A model generated the notes under the pieces. That model was not told the DNA's origin and did not search any database. It worked only from the letters and a program-made list of their open reading frames with translations. A stretch of DNA of 64,000 bases from Occultella glacieicola (GTDB taxonomy: Bacteria; Actinomycetota; Actinomycetes; Actinomycetales; Beutenbergiaceae), in contig NZ_SMNA01000005.1 in NCBI RefSeq assembly GCF_004353825.1, positions 1 through 64,000 of the forward strand, in the 5' to 3' direction. Shown in pieces: positions 52,527 to 60,930 of the stretch; the stretch's first letter is position 1; each line of letters begins with the position of its first letter. The translations under genes and the position numbers were made by a program.

Positions 52527-53141
52527 CTACCGGTCCGTCGCGGGGCCGACGGCGAACAGTGCCAGCGGGAGGTGCCCTTCGGGAAGCGCGTCGTGCGCCG
52601 CCTCCCGCAACCGCTCGTCGTCGACGCCGGCGACCAGGGCGGCCCCGAGTTCCTCCTCGGCCGCCTGGAGATACAGGTTCTGGCTGAGATGCCCGGCCTC
52701 CAGCCAGACGTACCGCTCGCCACGGTCCGGTGGCTGGTCGGCGAAGTCCCGCGCGGCGGCGCCGAGGTCGGCGCCGATCACCACCAGCGCCGCAGCCCCG
52801 GCCAGCCAGTCCTCGTCGACGAATGACCCGGCGGCGAAGTCCCGGCGACGGTCCCCGGCCGTGCGCCGGGACACGGCGTCGGCATCGGCGTCGTACCGGT
52901 ACACCCCGGCCGGGAGACCGTCGACGCCGCCGACGACGACCGCCAGTGACAGTGGGTAACGGGCGTGCGCGGACGGCACGCTGCGACGACCGTCGCCGAC
53001 CGGTCCGAGCGCCGCCCGGAGCAGCCGCGAGAGCTGTTCGGAACTCATCGGCCCGGCCGAGAACCGGCGGCTGGTCCGCCGTCGGCGCAGGAGATCCTGC
53101 AGCGGACTCGAGGCAACGGGTTCCGCCGACTGCGCCTGCAT
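52527..53141 (-). CDS. SagB/ThcOx-type nitroreductase domain
   Basis: RRRTSRRF, RSVPSA, LEAGHLSQNLYLQA motifs; frame stays open upstream into the ASCH gene. Confidence 0.85.
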   Translation of the reverse strand: MQAQSAEPVASSPLQDLLRRRRTSRRFSAGPMSSEQLSRLLRAALGPVGDGRRSVPSAHARYPLSLAVVVGGVDGLPAGVYRYDADADAVSRRTAGDRRRDFAAGSFVDEDWLAGAAALVVIGADLGAAARDFADQPPDRGERYVWLEAGHLSQNLYLQAAEEELGAALVAGVDDERLREAAHDALPEGHLPLALFAVGPATDR

Positions 53142-53215
53142 GGCCTCGATCGCCTCAATGGCCCCCGTGGCCCCCGTGGCCTCGGTGGCCTCGGCCGCGT
53201 CAGGATCGCGACCGG

Positions 53216-53617
53216 TCACCCGGAAGAACTCCTGAACCACCAAGGCCTCGTCGTCGATGACGAATCCGGCCGGCAGTTCGGCCCGTGTTTCGGGGTGTCC
53301 CAGAACGCCTGGTGCGCCCGGCGCCAGTCGGTCCTCGACGTGAACCCCTCCCCCTCGGCAGGCGCGACGTCGTCGTCCACGTCGCTCAGGCGGACCACCC
53401 GGACCTCGGTGTTCTCCAGGATCGCGACGCGCTCCCCGGCGGAGTCGACCAGCGCGAACCTGGCACCGACCTGCGGCACCGGCTCGCCGGCGGTCTCGTA
53501 GGCGACCAGCAGGGAACTGGTGGCCGTCTTCGTCCCGGCCAGGGCCGCGGCGACCAGCGCGTCCCGCAACGTCCCGGGAGTCGCGAGTTCCGCCGTCGGG
53601 AGGTCGTCGATGTCCAT
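53216..53617 (-). pseudogene. ASCH domain with a frameshift near 53290; its C-terminus lies in the nitroreductase frame
   Basis: GTKTATSS, EGEGF and WRRAHQAFW motifs; tail PETRAELPAGFVIDDEALVVQEFFRV is in the -1 frame. Confidence 0.75.
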
Positions 53618-53782
53618 CGACCCACTCTCGCACGCGACCGGCCGCAGGTCGGCCGCCCGTGGGCTAACGGCCGACGGGCGCCTCCGCGGAAGCGGCGACC
53701 TGCTCGGCCGACAGCAGCCGTACCTGTTGCGCGCCGATCGGGCCGAGGGCGCGCTGAGCGCCGCGGCCAGGTAGGCCATCAC

Positions 53783-54214
53783 CTACTGGGCCGATGCCGC
53801 CTCCGCGTAGCGGTCGAGCACCGTGACCCAACCGCCGCCGTACTGGGCACGCGCCGCGGCCGGTTCGGCGAAGCTCTCCCACCCGTCATGCTCGAGGGTG
53901 ACGAGCGTCCCGTCGCCCGCGGCAGCGAAGGAGACCACGACACGGCTCGCGGCGTCCGGTTCCCTACCCGGGTGCCACGTGAACGACACCATGGTCGGCG
54001 GGTCGGCCTCGATGATGGTCCCCCAGACCGCGGTCTGCCCGGCGGGGCCGGTCTCGACGAACCGTGACCCGTCGAGGGTGACCGAGGAGCCCTCGCCGAA
54101 ACAGCCGAAGGAGGCCACGGGCCACCAGGACCCGATGTCGCTGACGAACAGGGCGTAGGCGGTCTGGAGTTCGCAGGCGGCGAACACCTGACGGCGGATC
54201 GGGGGCAGGGTCAT
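53783..54214 (-). CDS. SRPBCC/AHSA1-family protein
   Basis: IGSWWP, FTWHPG, TLVTLEHDGWE and GGWVTVL motifs. Confidence 0.88.
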   Translation of the reverse strand: MTLPPIRRQVFAACELQTAYALFVSDIGSWWPVASFGCFGEGSSVTLDGSRFVETGPAGQTAVWGTIIEADPPTMVSFTWHPGREPDAASRVVVSFAAAGDGTLVTLEHDGWESFAEPAAARAQYGGGWVTVLDRYAEAASAQ

Positions 54215-54543
54215 GTCGGACTCTCCTGTGGATCGGACGGTGCGCTGGAGCGCTCGACGTGGGTGACGAAGGAGCTGAGCGCCGTGTCCCACTGCTGGGT
54301 GAGCCAGACCTGGACGGCGGCGAGTCCGGCCGGCGCCAGCGCGTAGAGGTTTCGAGTGCCGACCGATCGGTGCTCGATCAGACCGGCGCCCTCGAGCACC
54401 TTGAGATGCTTGCTCACGGCGGGTCGACCCACGGGCAACCGGTCGGCGATGCCGCCGACCGGGCACGCCCCGTCGCGCAGGACCTCGATGATCCGCCGCC
54501 GCGTCGGGTCACCGAGGGCGTCCAGCGCCGCTTCCGCTTCCAC
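54211..54543 (-). CDS. ArsR/SmtB-family regulator
   Basis: ALGDPTRRRI and RPAVSKHLKVL; ATGA-coupled to the SRPBCC gene. Confidence 0.92.
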   Translation of the reverse strand: MEAEAALDALGDPTRRRIIEVLRDGACPVGGIADRLPVGRPAVSKHLKVLEGAGLIEHRSVGTRNLYALAPAGLAAVQVWLTQQWDTALSSFVTHVERSSAPSDPQESPT

Positions 54544-54561
54544 ATCGCCTCCGTTGCCCGT

Positions 54562-54587
54562 CGGTAACCGTTACCATACGGCAACCG
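54562..54587. promoter_or_regulatory. Imperfect inverted repeat, probable ArsR operator
   Basis: CGGTAACCGT-TACCAT-ACGGCAACCG, 8 of 10 arm positions match, just upstream of the ArsR gene. Confidence 0.55.
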
Positions 54588-54620
54588 AGCCGTCGGCGCC
54601 ACCCCCCGCAAGCAGTCCGG

Positions 54621-55028
54621 CTACGCACGCTGGGCGTCGAGCGGCGCCTTGAGGCCGATCCGGTGCCCGTCCGGGTCACGCAGGATGGCCAGGCGCTGGC
54701 CCCAGGGCATGTCGGTCGGCGCCTTCACGATCGGCGTCCCGGCGGACTCGAACTCGGCGACCAGTGCATCGAGTCGCTCCGCCGAGTCGAGCACAAGGTC
54801 CACCTGCGGCCCGCCGGGGGCAGGCTGTGGCGCGGTCGCGTCCCACCACGAGGCGAAGCCGGTCGAGTGCAGGACGACGGGGATGCCCGTATTGGTCGAG
54901 ACCCAGGCCTCGGCGGGGCCGTCGCCGCGCCGATTGCGGGTCACGAACGCGATCCCGAGCCGTTCGTAGAACGATCGGCTCCTCTCGAGGTCCGCGACGA
55001 CGAGGTTCACTTGACCGACGGCGACCAT
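54621..55028 (-). CDS. VOC/glyoxalase-family protein
   Basis: VADLERSRSFYERLG and PWGQRLAILRDPDGH. Confidence 0.88.
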   Translation of the reverse strand: MVAVGQVNLVVADLERSRSFYERLGIAFVTRNRRGDGPAEAWVSTNTGIPVVLHSTGFASWWDATAPQPAPGGPQVDLVLDSAERLDALVAEFESAGTPIVKAPTDMPWGQRLAILRDPDGHRIGLKAPLDAQRA

Positions 55029-55042
55029 CGACGCAGTCCTCC

Positions 55043-55501
55043 CTACGAAGCCGGGTCTCGGAGACCGTCCCAGGACCAGGACGGCAGGTCGAGCCGCGCC
55101 GGGACGTCGTCGGCGCTCTCCTGGTACCGATTCATCACGCTGGTGGTCGCCCACGACCAGTAGTCGTGGAGCACCTGCCACAACCGGTCCTCGGCGTCGA
55201 GGCCGACGTCCGCCAGGGCTTGATCGAAACAGGAGATCGCGCGACGATCCATCTCCTCGTGCGGGCCGTTGCCACTGTGCATCCGCACGACGGCGGTCTG
55301 GTCGCCGTAGCGCTCCGAGTACATCGCCGGCCCACCCAGCGCCTCCGCCCAGTAGGCGGCGAGCCGCTCGCTGTGGTCGGCGCGGAAGCCGTGGCTGAAC
55401 GCGTGGCTCACGACCTGGTCGGCCATCACGCGCTCATGCCAGGCGAGGGCGAGTTGCCTCAGTCCGTCGTAGCCGCCCGCCGCCTCGTACACGGTCGTCA
55501 T
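55043..55501 (-). CDS. Group II-like truncated hemoglobin
   Basis: VYEAAGG start, EALGGP motif and a downstream His (VVRMH). Confidence 0.8.
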   Translation of the reverse strand: MTTVYEAAGGYDGLRQLALAWHERVMADQVVSHAFSHGFRADHSERLAAYWAEALGGPAMYSERYGDQTAVVRMHSGNGPHEEMDRRAISCFDQALADVGLDAEDRLWQVLHDYWSWATTSVMNRYQESADDVPARLDLPSWSWDGLRDPAS

Positions 55502-55571
55502 GCGGCCACGGTACGCCGCGACGTCCCGGGATGGACGCATTCGCCCAGTCCGTACGGGCACCGGTGGGCGC

Positions 55572-56102
55572 TCAGCTGATCCGTGACTGGATCTCGCGGA
55601 TCGTCGTGCCCAGGATGCCGCGTGAGAGAAGCCCGCCCCCGAGCGGACCGGCGGAGTCGCTGCCCACGGCTGGTAGTTGTCGCAGCGCTGCTCGCTCCCG
55701 CTCACTCAGGTGCGCCACCTGCCACCGGATCTCGTCCTCGACCGCTTCCGGTCGATCCGGGTGCGCCAGCGATACCGCCTTCGCCGCGTATGCGGCCGCA
55801 CCCAGGGCATGAGCACCCATGTGCGCGACCGCCGCGGCCTGGGCGAGCGCCCTGGCCGCCGCCGCGCCGGCCGGCGTGGTCGCGGCACCTGCCGCCCGCA
55901 CCGCCACGAATCGTCTGGTGATCTCCTCGGCGGCGGTGCTCTGCCCCGAACTGTAGGCACGCGTGCGGGTCACCACGTCCCGGACCTCGGCGGCAACCGC
56001 GTCATCGGCGTCGAACAGGACAAGCGCACGCTCGGCGCAGGCCAGCGCCCACCGTGCCAAGGCCCGCCGGTCCGAATCGCTGAGGGTCTGCGCCGATGCC
56101 AC
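55572..56102 (-). CDS. Imm5-like putative immunity protein
   Basis: WALACAERAL, AARALAQAAAVAHMGAHALGAAAYA and EIRWQ motifs. Confidence 0.75.
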   Translation of the reverse strand: MASAQTLSDSDRRALARWALACAERALVLFDADDAVAAEVRDVVTRTRAYSSGQSTAAEEITRRFVAVRAAGAATTPAGAAAARALAQAAAVAHMGAHALGAAAYAAKAVSLAHPDRPEAVEDEIRWQVAHLSERERAALRQLPAVGSDSAGPLGGGLLSRGILGTTIREIQSRIS

Positions 56103-56195
56103 GACCAGATCGTGTCACACCGGAACCGGCCCATCGGCCCGCTGTGCGGCCTGGCGGCACCGGCACGCAGCAGCCTCCTGCCTAGAATCGGCGGC

Positions 56196-56774
56196 ATGGT
56201 CACGGACGACTACTCGATCCAGCCACTCACGGCGCAGACGTGGGGCGCGTTCGCTGCTCTGGTGGAGCGGCACAACGGAATCTTCGGCGGGTGCTGGTGC
56301 ACCTACTTCCACGACTGCGCCGACCGAGGGCCGGGTTACGAGGGCAGCCGCGCGTTCAAGGAGCAGCTGGTCACGGAAGGACAGGCTCACGCGGCGCTGG
56401 TGATCATGGACGACGAAGCGATCGCGTGGGCCGAGTACGGCACCCCGGATGAACTGCCGAACATCCATCACCGCAAGCAGTACGTCGCCGAGGCCGACGT
56501 CACGCCCGACTATCGAATCACCTGCATCTTCGTCGACAAGCGTTACCGGAGGCAGGGCTACGCCCGGGCGGCGCTGGCTGGTGCACTCGACCAGATTGCC
56601 GCGCGGGGCGGCGGTGTGGTCGAGGGCTACCCGCACGAAGTCGGTGAGAAGCGGATGAACAACTCATTCGTCTACAACGGGACTCGCACGATGTATGAGC
56701 AGGCCGGCTTCGAATTCATCCGCACCAAGGGGCTGAAGAACACGGTGATGCGCCGGACGATCCAACCGGCCTGA
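56196..56774 (+). CDS. GNAT acetyltransferase (YoaP-like, CWC motif)
   Basis: GCWC, CIFVDKRYRRQG and VEGYP motifs. Confidence 0.88.
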   Translation: MVTDDYSIQPLTAQTWGAFAALVERHNGIFGGCWCTYFHDCADRGPGYEGSRAFKEQLVTEGQAHAALVIMDDEAIAWAEYGTPDELPNIHHRKQYVAEADVTPDYRITCIFVDKRYRRQGYARAALAGALDQIAARGGGVVEGYPHEVGEKRMNNSFVYNGTRTMYEQAGFEFIRTKGLKNTVMRRTIQPA

Positions 56775-56806
56775 TCCACCCAAGATGCTGCCCGCGCGCT
56801 GGCGGG

Positions 56807-57202
56807 TCAGGCCCAGTCGCGCCTCAGCAAGCCGTACACCCAGGAATCGGACACGGCACCGTTGACGATGCAGTCCGCGCGTAGTGTCCCCTCACGCACG
56901 AAGCCAAGTTTCTCCAGCACGCGCGCCGATGCCCCGTTGCGGGTATCGGTCTCGGACTGGACCCGGTTGAGGTCGAGCGTGTCGAAAGCCCACTGGAGCA
57001 GGACGCGCGCCGCTTCCGTCGCATAGCCGTGGCCCCACGCAGCCTCCTTGAGGCAGTAGCCAAGGGAGGCGCTTCGGAAGTCAGCATCCCAACTGTTGAA
57101 GGTGCACCAGCCGACGAACGTGCCGTCGGACCTGCGCTCGATGGCCAGCCGTGCGCCGCTGCCATCCTCCGCCATCCGTCGGCACCCGGCCATGAAGCGC
57201 GC
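56807..57202 (-). pseudogene. RimJ/RimL-type GNAT lacking its N-terminus
   Basis: LGYCL..WGHGYATEAA and NGASARVLEKLGF motifs; upstream sequence is unrelated. Confidence 0.75.
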
Positions 57203-57552
57203 GACCGAGGTCGGGTCGGTCGATCCGCAGTCGTTCGGCATCCCGGTCGGGCTGGACCACGGGTACCTCGATGGCGGCGAGGTAGACGTCGTCGAGAGTG
57301 AACGCGGTCCCGCTGACGAACCGCATGCCGCGGCGACGGCACGCGGGACGCAGGGCATCCAGCCACGCCTGGGCTGCCGGTGATCGCCTCGCCACGTCTC
57401 ACTGTCCCACGGCCGCGTCGCCCGGTTCCGCCATGAATGAGCCGGGCCCAACCCCTGTGCCGACCGGATCTGGACCACACGCTGCACCGGAGCACCAACG
57501 AGTATCAGCGGGTGGAACCATCACCACGTAGCCTCACGAGGCTGCGCGGGCC

Positions 57553-58101
57553 TCACGGGACCCGTCGGCCGGGAGCACTCCATCCGACATCGGCAAGGAC
57601 CTTCCTGAGGGCCGCGTGCTCGCTGTGGCCCGCATCGAAGATCACTTCCCCAAGGTCGTCGATGCGGTCACCGGCGACGTACCAGGATGTGACCTGCTCC
57701 TCGGTGACCTCGACAGCGAGCGGTTTGGTGCGGTGCCGCCTCAGGGTCTCCCCCAGTTCCAGTTCGTAGTAGTACGCGCGTGTGAGGCCCAGATGGTCCG
57801 CACGCAGTTGGGTGAGCATCTCGCCGTATATCTCGGCGTGCAGGATGCCTTCGATGACGACGTCGAGCCCGTGATCGAGCGCAAAGCGCGCCGACATGTC
57901 GATGTACGGAACACTCAGCGCACCCGGGCGATCACGGACGTGGAGGATCTCCCGCCGAAGCACGTCGTGCCCGATGATCGCGACACCACGCGGACGCGCC
58001 TGCCGAATGGAGCGCGCCAAGTGCGACTTCCCGCTTCCGGAGTTCCCACGGATGATGATCAGTCTCGAGGAGTCGGAACCAACCCGGGCCCCTTCGCTCA
58101 C
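57553..58101 (-). CDS. P-loop kinase (AAA_33-like)
   Basis: IRGNSGSGKS Walker A and VVIEGIL. Confidence 0.85.
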   Translation of the reverse strand: MSEGARVGSDSSRLIIIRGNSGSGKSHLARSIRQARPRGVAIIGHDVLRREILHVRDRPGALSVPYIDMSARFALDHGLDVVIEGILHAEIYGEMLTQLRADHLGLTRAYYYELELGETLRRHRTKPLAVEVTEEQVTSWYVAGDRIDDLGEVIFDAGHSEHAALRKVLADVGWSAPGRRVP

Positions 58102-58331
58102 GGGACATCGAGCGGCGTGACCGCGGCGACCCGTTCAGGCAGAGTCCGACGTGCGAGGCGCGGCCCGTGGTTCGACTGCACGTTCATCCAGAGCTCCTCT
58201 GCGGTCCCGACGTAGCGCCGGCGGATAGCGGTCTTCGAGTCGGACGATGTCACGTTGGGGCGGAGCTCGGCCACCGTCCGGCACAGCGCAACGTCCGGAT
58301 GGCTGGCCGGCCGCGAGCATAGGGTGCTCTC

Positions 58332-58925
58332 ATGCCTCCTCCCCGCACCATCCCCCTGTTGCCGTGCGCCGACATCGGCGAGATCGAGACGTTCTTCGCC
58401 GCCCTGGGATTCCGCACCACCTACCGTCAGGACCGACCCTATGCGTGCCTCGGGGTCAACGGTCACGGGTTCGACCTGCAGTACTACGGCCTGGACGGTC
58501 ACACACCAGAGTCCTCGCACAGCTCCTGCCTCGTCATCGTCACGGACACAGGCCCGATCTGGGAGGAGTTCGCGTCGGGACTGCGCGAGGCCTATGGCCG
58601 CCTCCCGGTGAAGGGATTCCCGCGCATCACGAGGCCGCGCCCCCGAAAGAACGCCGGCGGGCTGAGCGGCTTCAGTCTCGTCGACCCGGCCGGCAACTGG
58701 ATTCGATTCTTCCGCGACGGCGATTCGGAGGCCGCGCTCTCCGAAGTCAGTCGGCTGGGTGAGGCCGTTCGGAACGCCGTCGTGCTCGCGGACAGCAAAG
58801 GGGACGTAGCCCAGGCCGCCAAGATCCTCCAGGGTGCGATCAATCGCGCAACCGCTGACGATCCAGCGCACGACGAAGCCAGAAGTCTCCTCTCCGAACT
58901 GACCGAGCGCCTACCGGAGGCCTGA
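58332..58925 (+). CDS. VOC/bleomycin-resistance-like protein with helical C-terminal extension
   Basis: TIPLLPC, FFAALGF and FSLVDPAGNWIR motifs. Confidence 0.8.
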   Translation: MPPPRTIPLLPCADIGEIETFFAALGFRTTYRQDRPYACLGVNGHGFDLQYYGLDGHTPESSHSSCLVIVTDTGPIWEEFASGLREAYGRLPVKGFPRITRPRPRKNAGGLSGFSLVDPAGNWIRFFRDGDSEAALSEVSRLGEAVRNAVVLADSKGDVAQAAKILQGAINRATADDPAHDEARSLLSELTERLPEA

Positions 58926-59059
58926 GTCAGGCACTCGCTCATACGTTGAAACCGAGCTCGCCACCGCATCAGCGAGCACATGATGCGGCACAGAGTCGAG
59001 ATGTGCGCCGGTCGCGGCCGCACAAACGGCCTGACGCCGCGTTGCGCCGGACGTCGTCG

Positions 59060-59383
59060 TCATGCTCGTGGCATCCCATTCGCTCCGAACTCGATGCCCT
59101 CGGCCTCCAGCCGTTTCCGTGCCGCGTGATGAACCACACCGCGTTGGCGCGGTTCCTCCTCCAACAGCCTGAGCAGCGTGCCGCGCTCGGTATTCTCGTG
59201 TTCGACAACTGCGATCCGCACGCTCCAGAACGGATCCGCCGCGAATCGGTCGAGCACTCGCGCCGTCGCCGACGAGTTCATCGAGAACGCGGACGCGCCG
59301 TCGAACAACGGCTTGCGCACTGTCCCACCGACCCGAACGACGAGAGCCGCTGCGTTACCACCCGACAGCAACTCTTCCGTCAC
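59060..59383 (-). pseudogene. Apparent in-frame chimera: phosphotransferase (APH-like) N-terminus joined to a helical-repeat C-terminus
   Basis: EELLSGGN..VVRVGGTVRKP followed by VLDRFAADPFWSVRIAVVEHENT. Confidence 0.5.
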
Positions 59384-59411
59384 CCGTCCACTCGATCGGA
59401 GTGCTCGCCGT

Positions 59412-59711
59412 TCACGCCACCTGCAGCGGCGTGATTGCCGCTACCTGCTCAGCTACTCGATCCTCAGCAACCTCCACGTCGTAACGGGACTGCAGATTGA
59501 GCCAGAACTGCGGCTCGATCCCGAAGTAGCGACCCAGCCGCAGCGCGGTGTCGGCCGTGACGGCACGCTTGCCATGCACGATCTCGTTGGTACGCCGCGG
59601 CGGCACGCCGATCGACACAGCGAGCTTGTTCTGGGTGATGCCGAACCCCTCGATGAAGTCCTCCATCAAGACCTCACCGGGATGCACCGGCGGGTAGAGC
59701 TTCTCAGCCGT
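59412..59711 (-). CDS. higA: HigA-family antitoxin; expected start codon reads ACG, alternative GTG at 59687
   Basis: HPGEVL, NEIVHGKRAVTADTALRL and FWLNLQ motifs; GGAGGAG site precedes ACG. Confidence 0.85.
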   Translation of the reverse strand, partial: TAEKLYPPVHPGEVLMEDFIEGFGITQNKLAVSIGVPPRRTNEIVHGKRAVTADTALRLGRYFGIEPQFWLNLQSRYDVEVAEDRVAEQVAAITPLQVA

Positions 59712-59719
59712 CTCTCCTC

Positions 59720-59770
59720 CTAGTGATGGTCCACGATCTGCACGTCCTCGGCACCAGCATCGGTCCAGAC
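59720..59770 (-). pseudogene. higB: Last 16 codons of a HigB toxin gene
   Basis: VWTDAGAEDVQIVDHH-stop matches the HigB C-terminal pattern; directly upstream of higA. Confidence 0.75.
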
Positions 59771-59777
59771 CGGTATA

Positions 59778-59808
59778 TAACGTCTTGCGTCAATAACGCT
59801 AGACGTTA
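59778..59808. promoter_or_regulatory. Tandem TAACG-N5-CGTYA palindromes, probable HigA operators and promoter remnant
   Basis: TAACGTCTTGCGTCA at 59778-59792 and TAACGCTAGACGTTA at 59794-59808; TTGACG on the minus strand. Confidence 0.65.
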
Positions 59809-60884
59809 AACCGGAACTCCACCACGTCGCCGTCGGCCATCACGTAGTCCTTGCCCTCGATCCGCACCCGGCCGCGGGCCTTCGCCTCGGCCATCGACCC
59901 CGCGCCGACGAGGTCGTCGAACGAGACCACCTCGGCCTTGATGAAGCCGCGCTGGAAGTCTGTGTGGATCACCCCGGCCGCCTGCGGTGCGGTCCAGCCC
60001 TTGTGGATCGTCCAGGCCCGGGACTCCTTGGGACCTGCGGTCAGGTAGGTCTGCAGCCCGAGGGTGTCGAACCCGACCCGGGCCAGCTGGTCCAGGCCGG
60101 CCTCCTCCTGGCCGGTCTCGGCGAGCATCTCGGCGGCCTCCTCCGGTTCCAGCTCGACCAGTTCCGCCTCGAACTTGGCGTCCAGGAAGATCGCCTCGGC
60201 CGGGGCGACCAGCTCGCGCAGCTCGGCCTGCATGGACGCATCGGCGAGGCCCTCGTCGTCGGTGTTGAACACGTAGATGAACGGTTTCGCGGTCATCAGC
60301 CCGAGTTCGGCGACGATCTCCGGGTCGAGACCGGCCGCGTCGCCACCGGCGGAGATCGTGGTGCCCGCCTCGAGCAGGGCGAGCGCGCCCCGGGCGGTCT
60401 CGAGCACCTTGGCGTCGGTCTTCTTGCCCTTGACCTCCTTCTCGAGCCGCGGGATCGCCTTCTCGAGGGTCTGCAGGTCGGCCAGGATCAGCTCGGTGTT
60501 GATGGTCTCGATGTCGTCCTTCGGGGACACCTTGCCGTCCACGTGGACCACGTCCGGGTCCGCGAACGCCCGGGTGACCTGGCAGATCGCGTCCGCCTCC
60601 CGGATGTTCGCGAGGAACTTGTTCCCCAGGCCCTCGCCCTCGCTGGCGCCCTTGACGATGCCCGCGATGTCCACGAACGAGACCGTGGCCGGCAGGATCC
60701 GCTCGCTGCCGAAGATCCCCGCCAGGACGTTCAGCCGCTCGTCCGGGAGCGGGACCACCCCGATGTTCGGCTCGATCGTCGCGAACGGGTAGTTCGCCGC
60801 GAGCACGGTCGCGCGGGTCAGCGCGTTGAACAGGGTGGACTTGCCGACGTTGGGCAGGCCGGCGATGCCAATAGTGAGAGCCAC
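59799..60884 (-). CDS. ychF: Redox-regulated ATPase YchF
   Basis: GLPNVGKST, NYPFATIEPN, DIAG, HTDF and terminal FRFNV. Confidence 0.97.
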   Translation of the reverse strand: MALTIGIAGLPNVGKSTLFNALTRATVLAANYPFATIEPNIGVVPLPDERLNVLAGIFGSERILPATVSFVDIAGIVKGASEGEGLGNKFLANIREADAICQVTRAFADPDVVHVDGKVSPKDDIETINTELILADLQTLEKAIPRLEKEVKGKKTDAKVLETARGALALLEAGTTISAGGDAAGLDPEIVAELGLMTAKPFIYVFNTDDEGLADASMQAELRELVAPAEAIFLDAKFEAELVELEPEEAAEMLAETGQEEAGLDQLARVGFDTLGLQTYLTAGPKESRAWTIHKGWTAPQAAGVIHTDFQRGFIKAEVVSFDDLVGAGSMAEAKARGRVRIEGKDYVMADGDVVEFRFNV

Positions 60885-60930
60885 GGAATAGCAGTGTACG
60901 GGCCCGCGACGGGGCGCCCGGGCAGCCGCC

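Noticed and set aside
52527..53141. SagB-type domain as a sign of an azole RiPP cluster
   Set aside because: No YcaO cyclodehydratase, precursor peptide or RiPP transporter nearby
53288..53302. Canonical programmed -1 slippery heptamer at the ASCH frameshift
   Set aside because: C CCG AAA does not fit X XXY YYZ; a single-base deletion or sequencing error is more likely
53620..53782. Possible small ORF or remnant between the SRPBCC and ASCH genes
   Set aside because: No convincing coding signal or motif in any frame
58098..58300. Possible 3' gene remnant overlapping the kinase start
   Set aside because: Has a 4-nt overlap but no family motif I can name with confidence
45130..59800. Integron, prophage or ICE
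   Set aside because: No recombinase, phage or conjugation genes, no recurring attC-like repeat and no duplicate of the ychF 3' end found by eye
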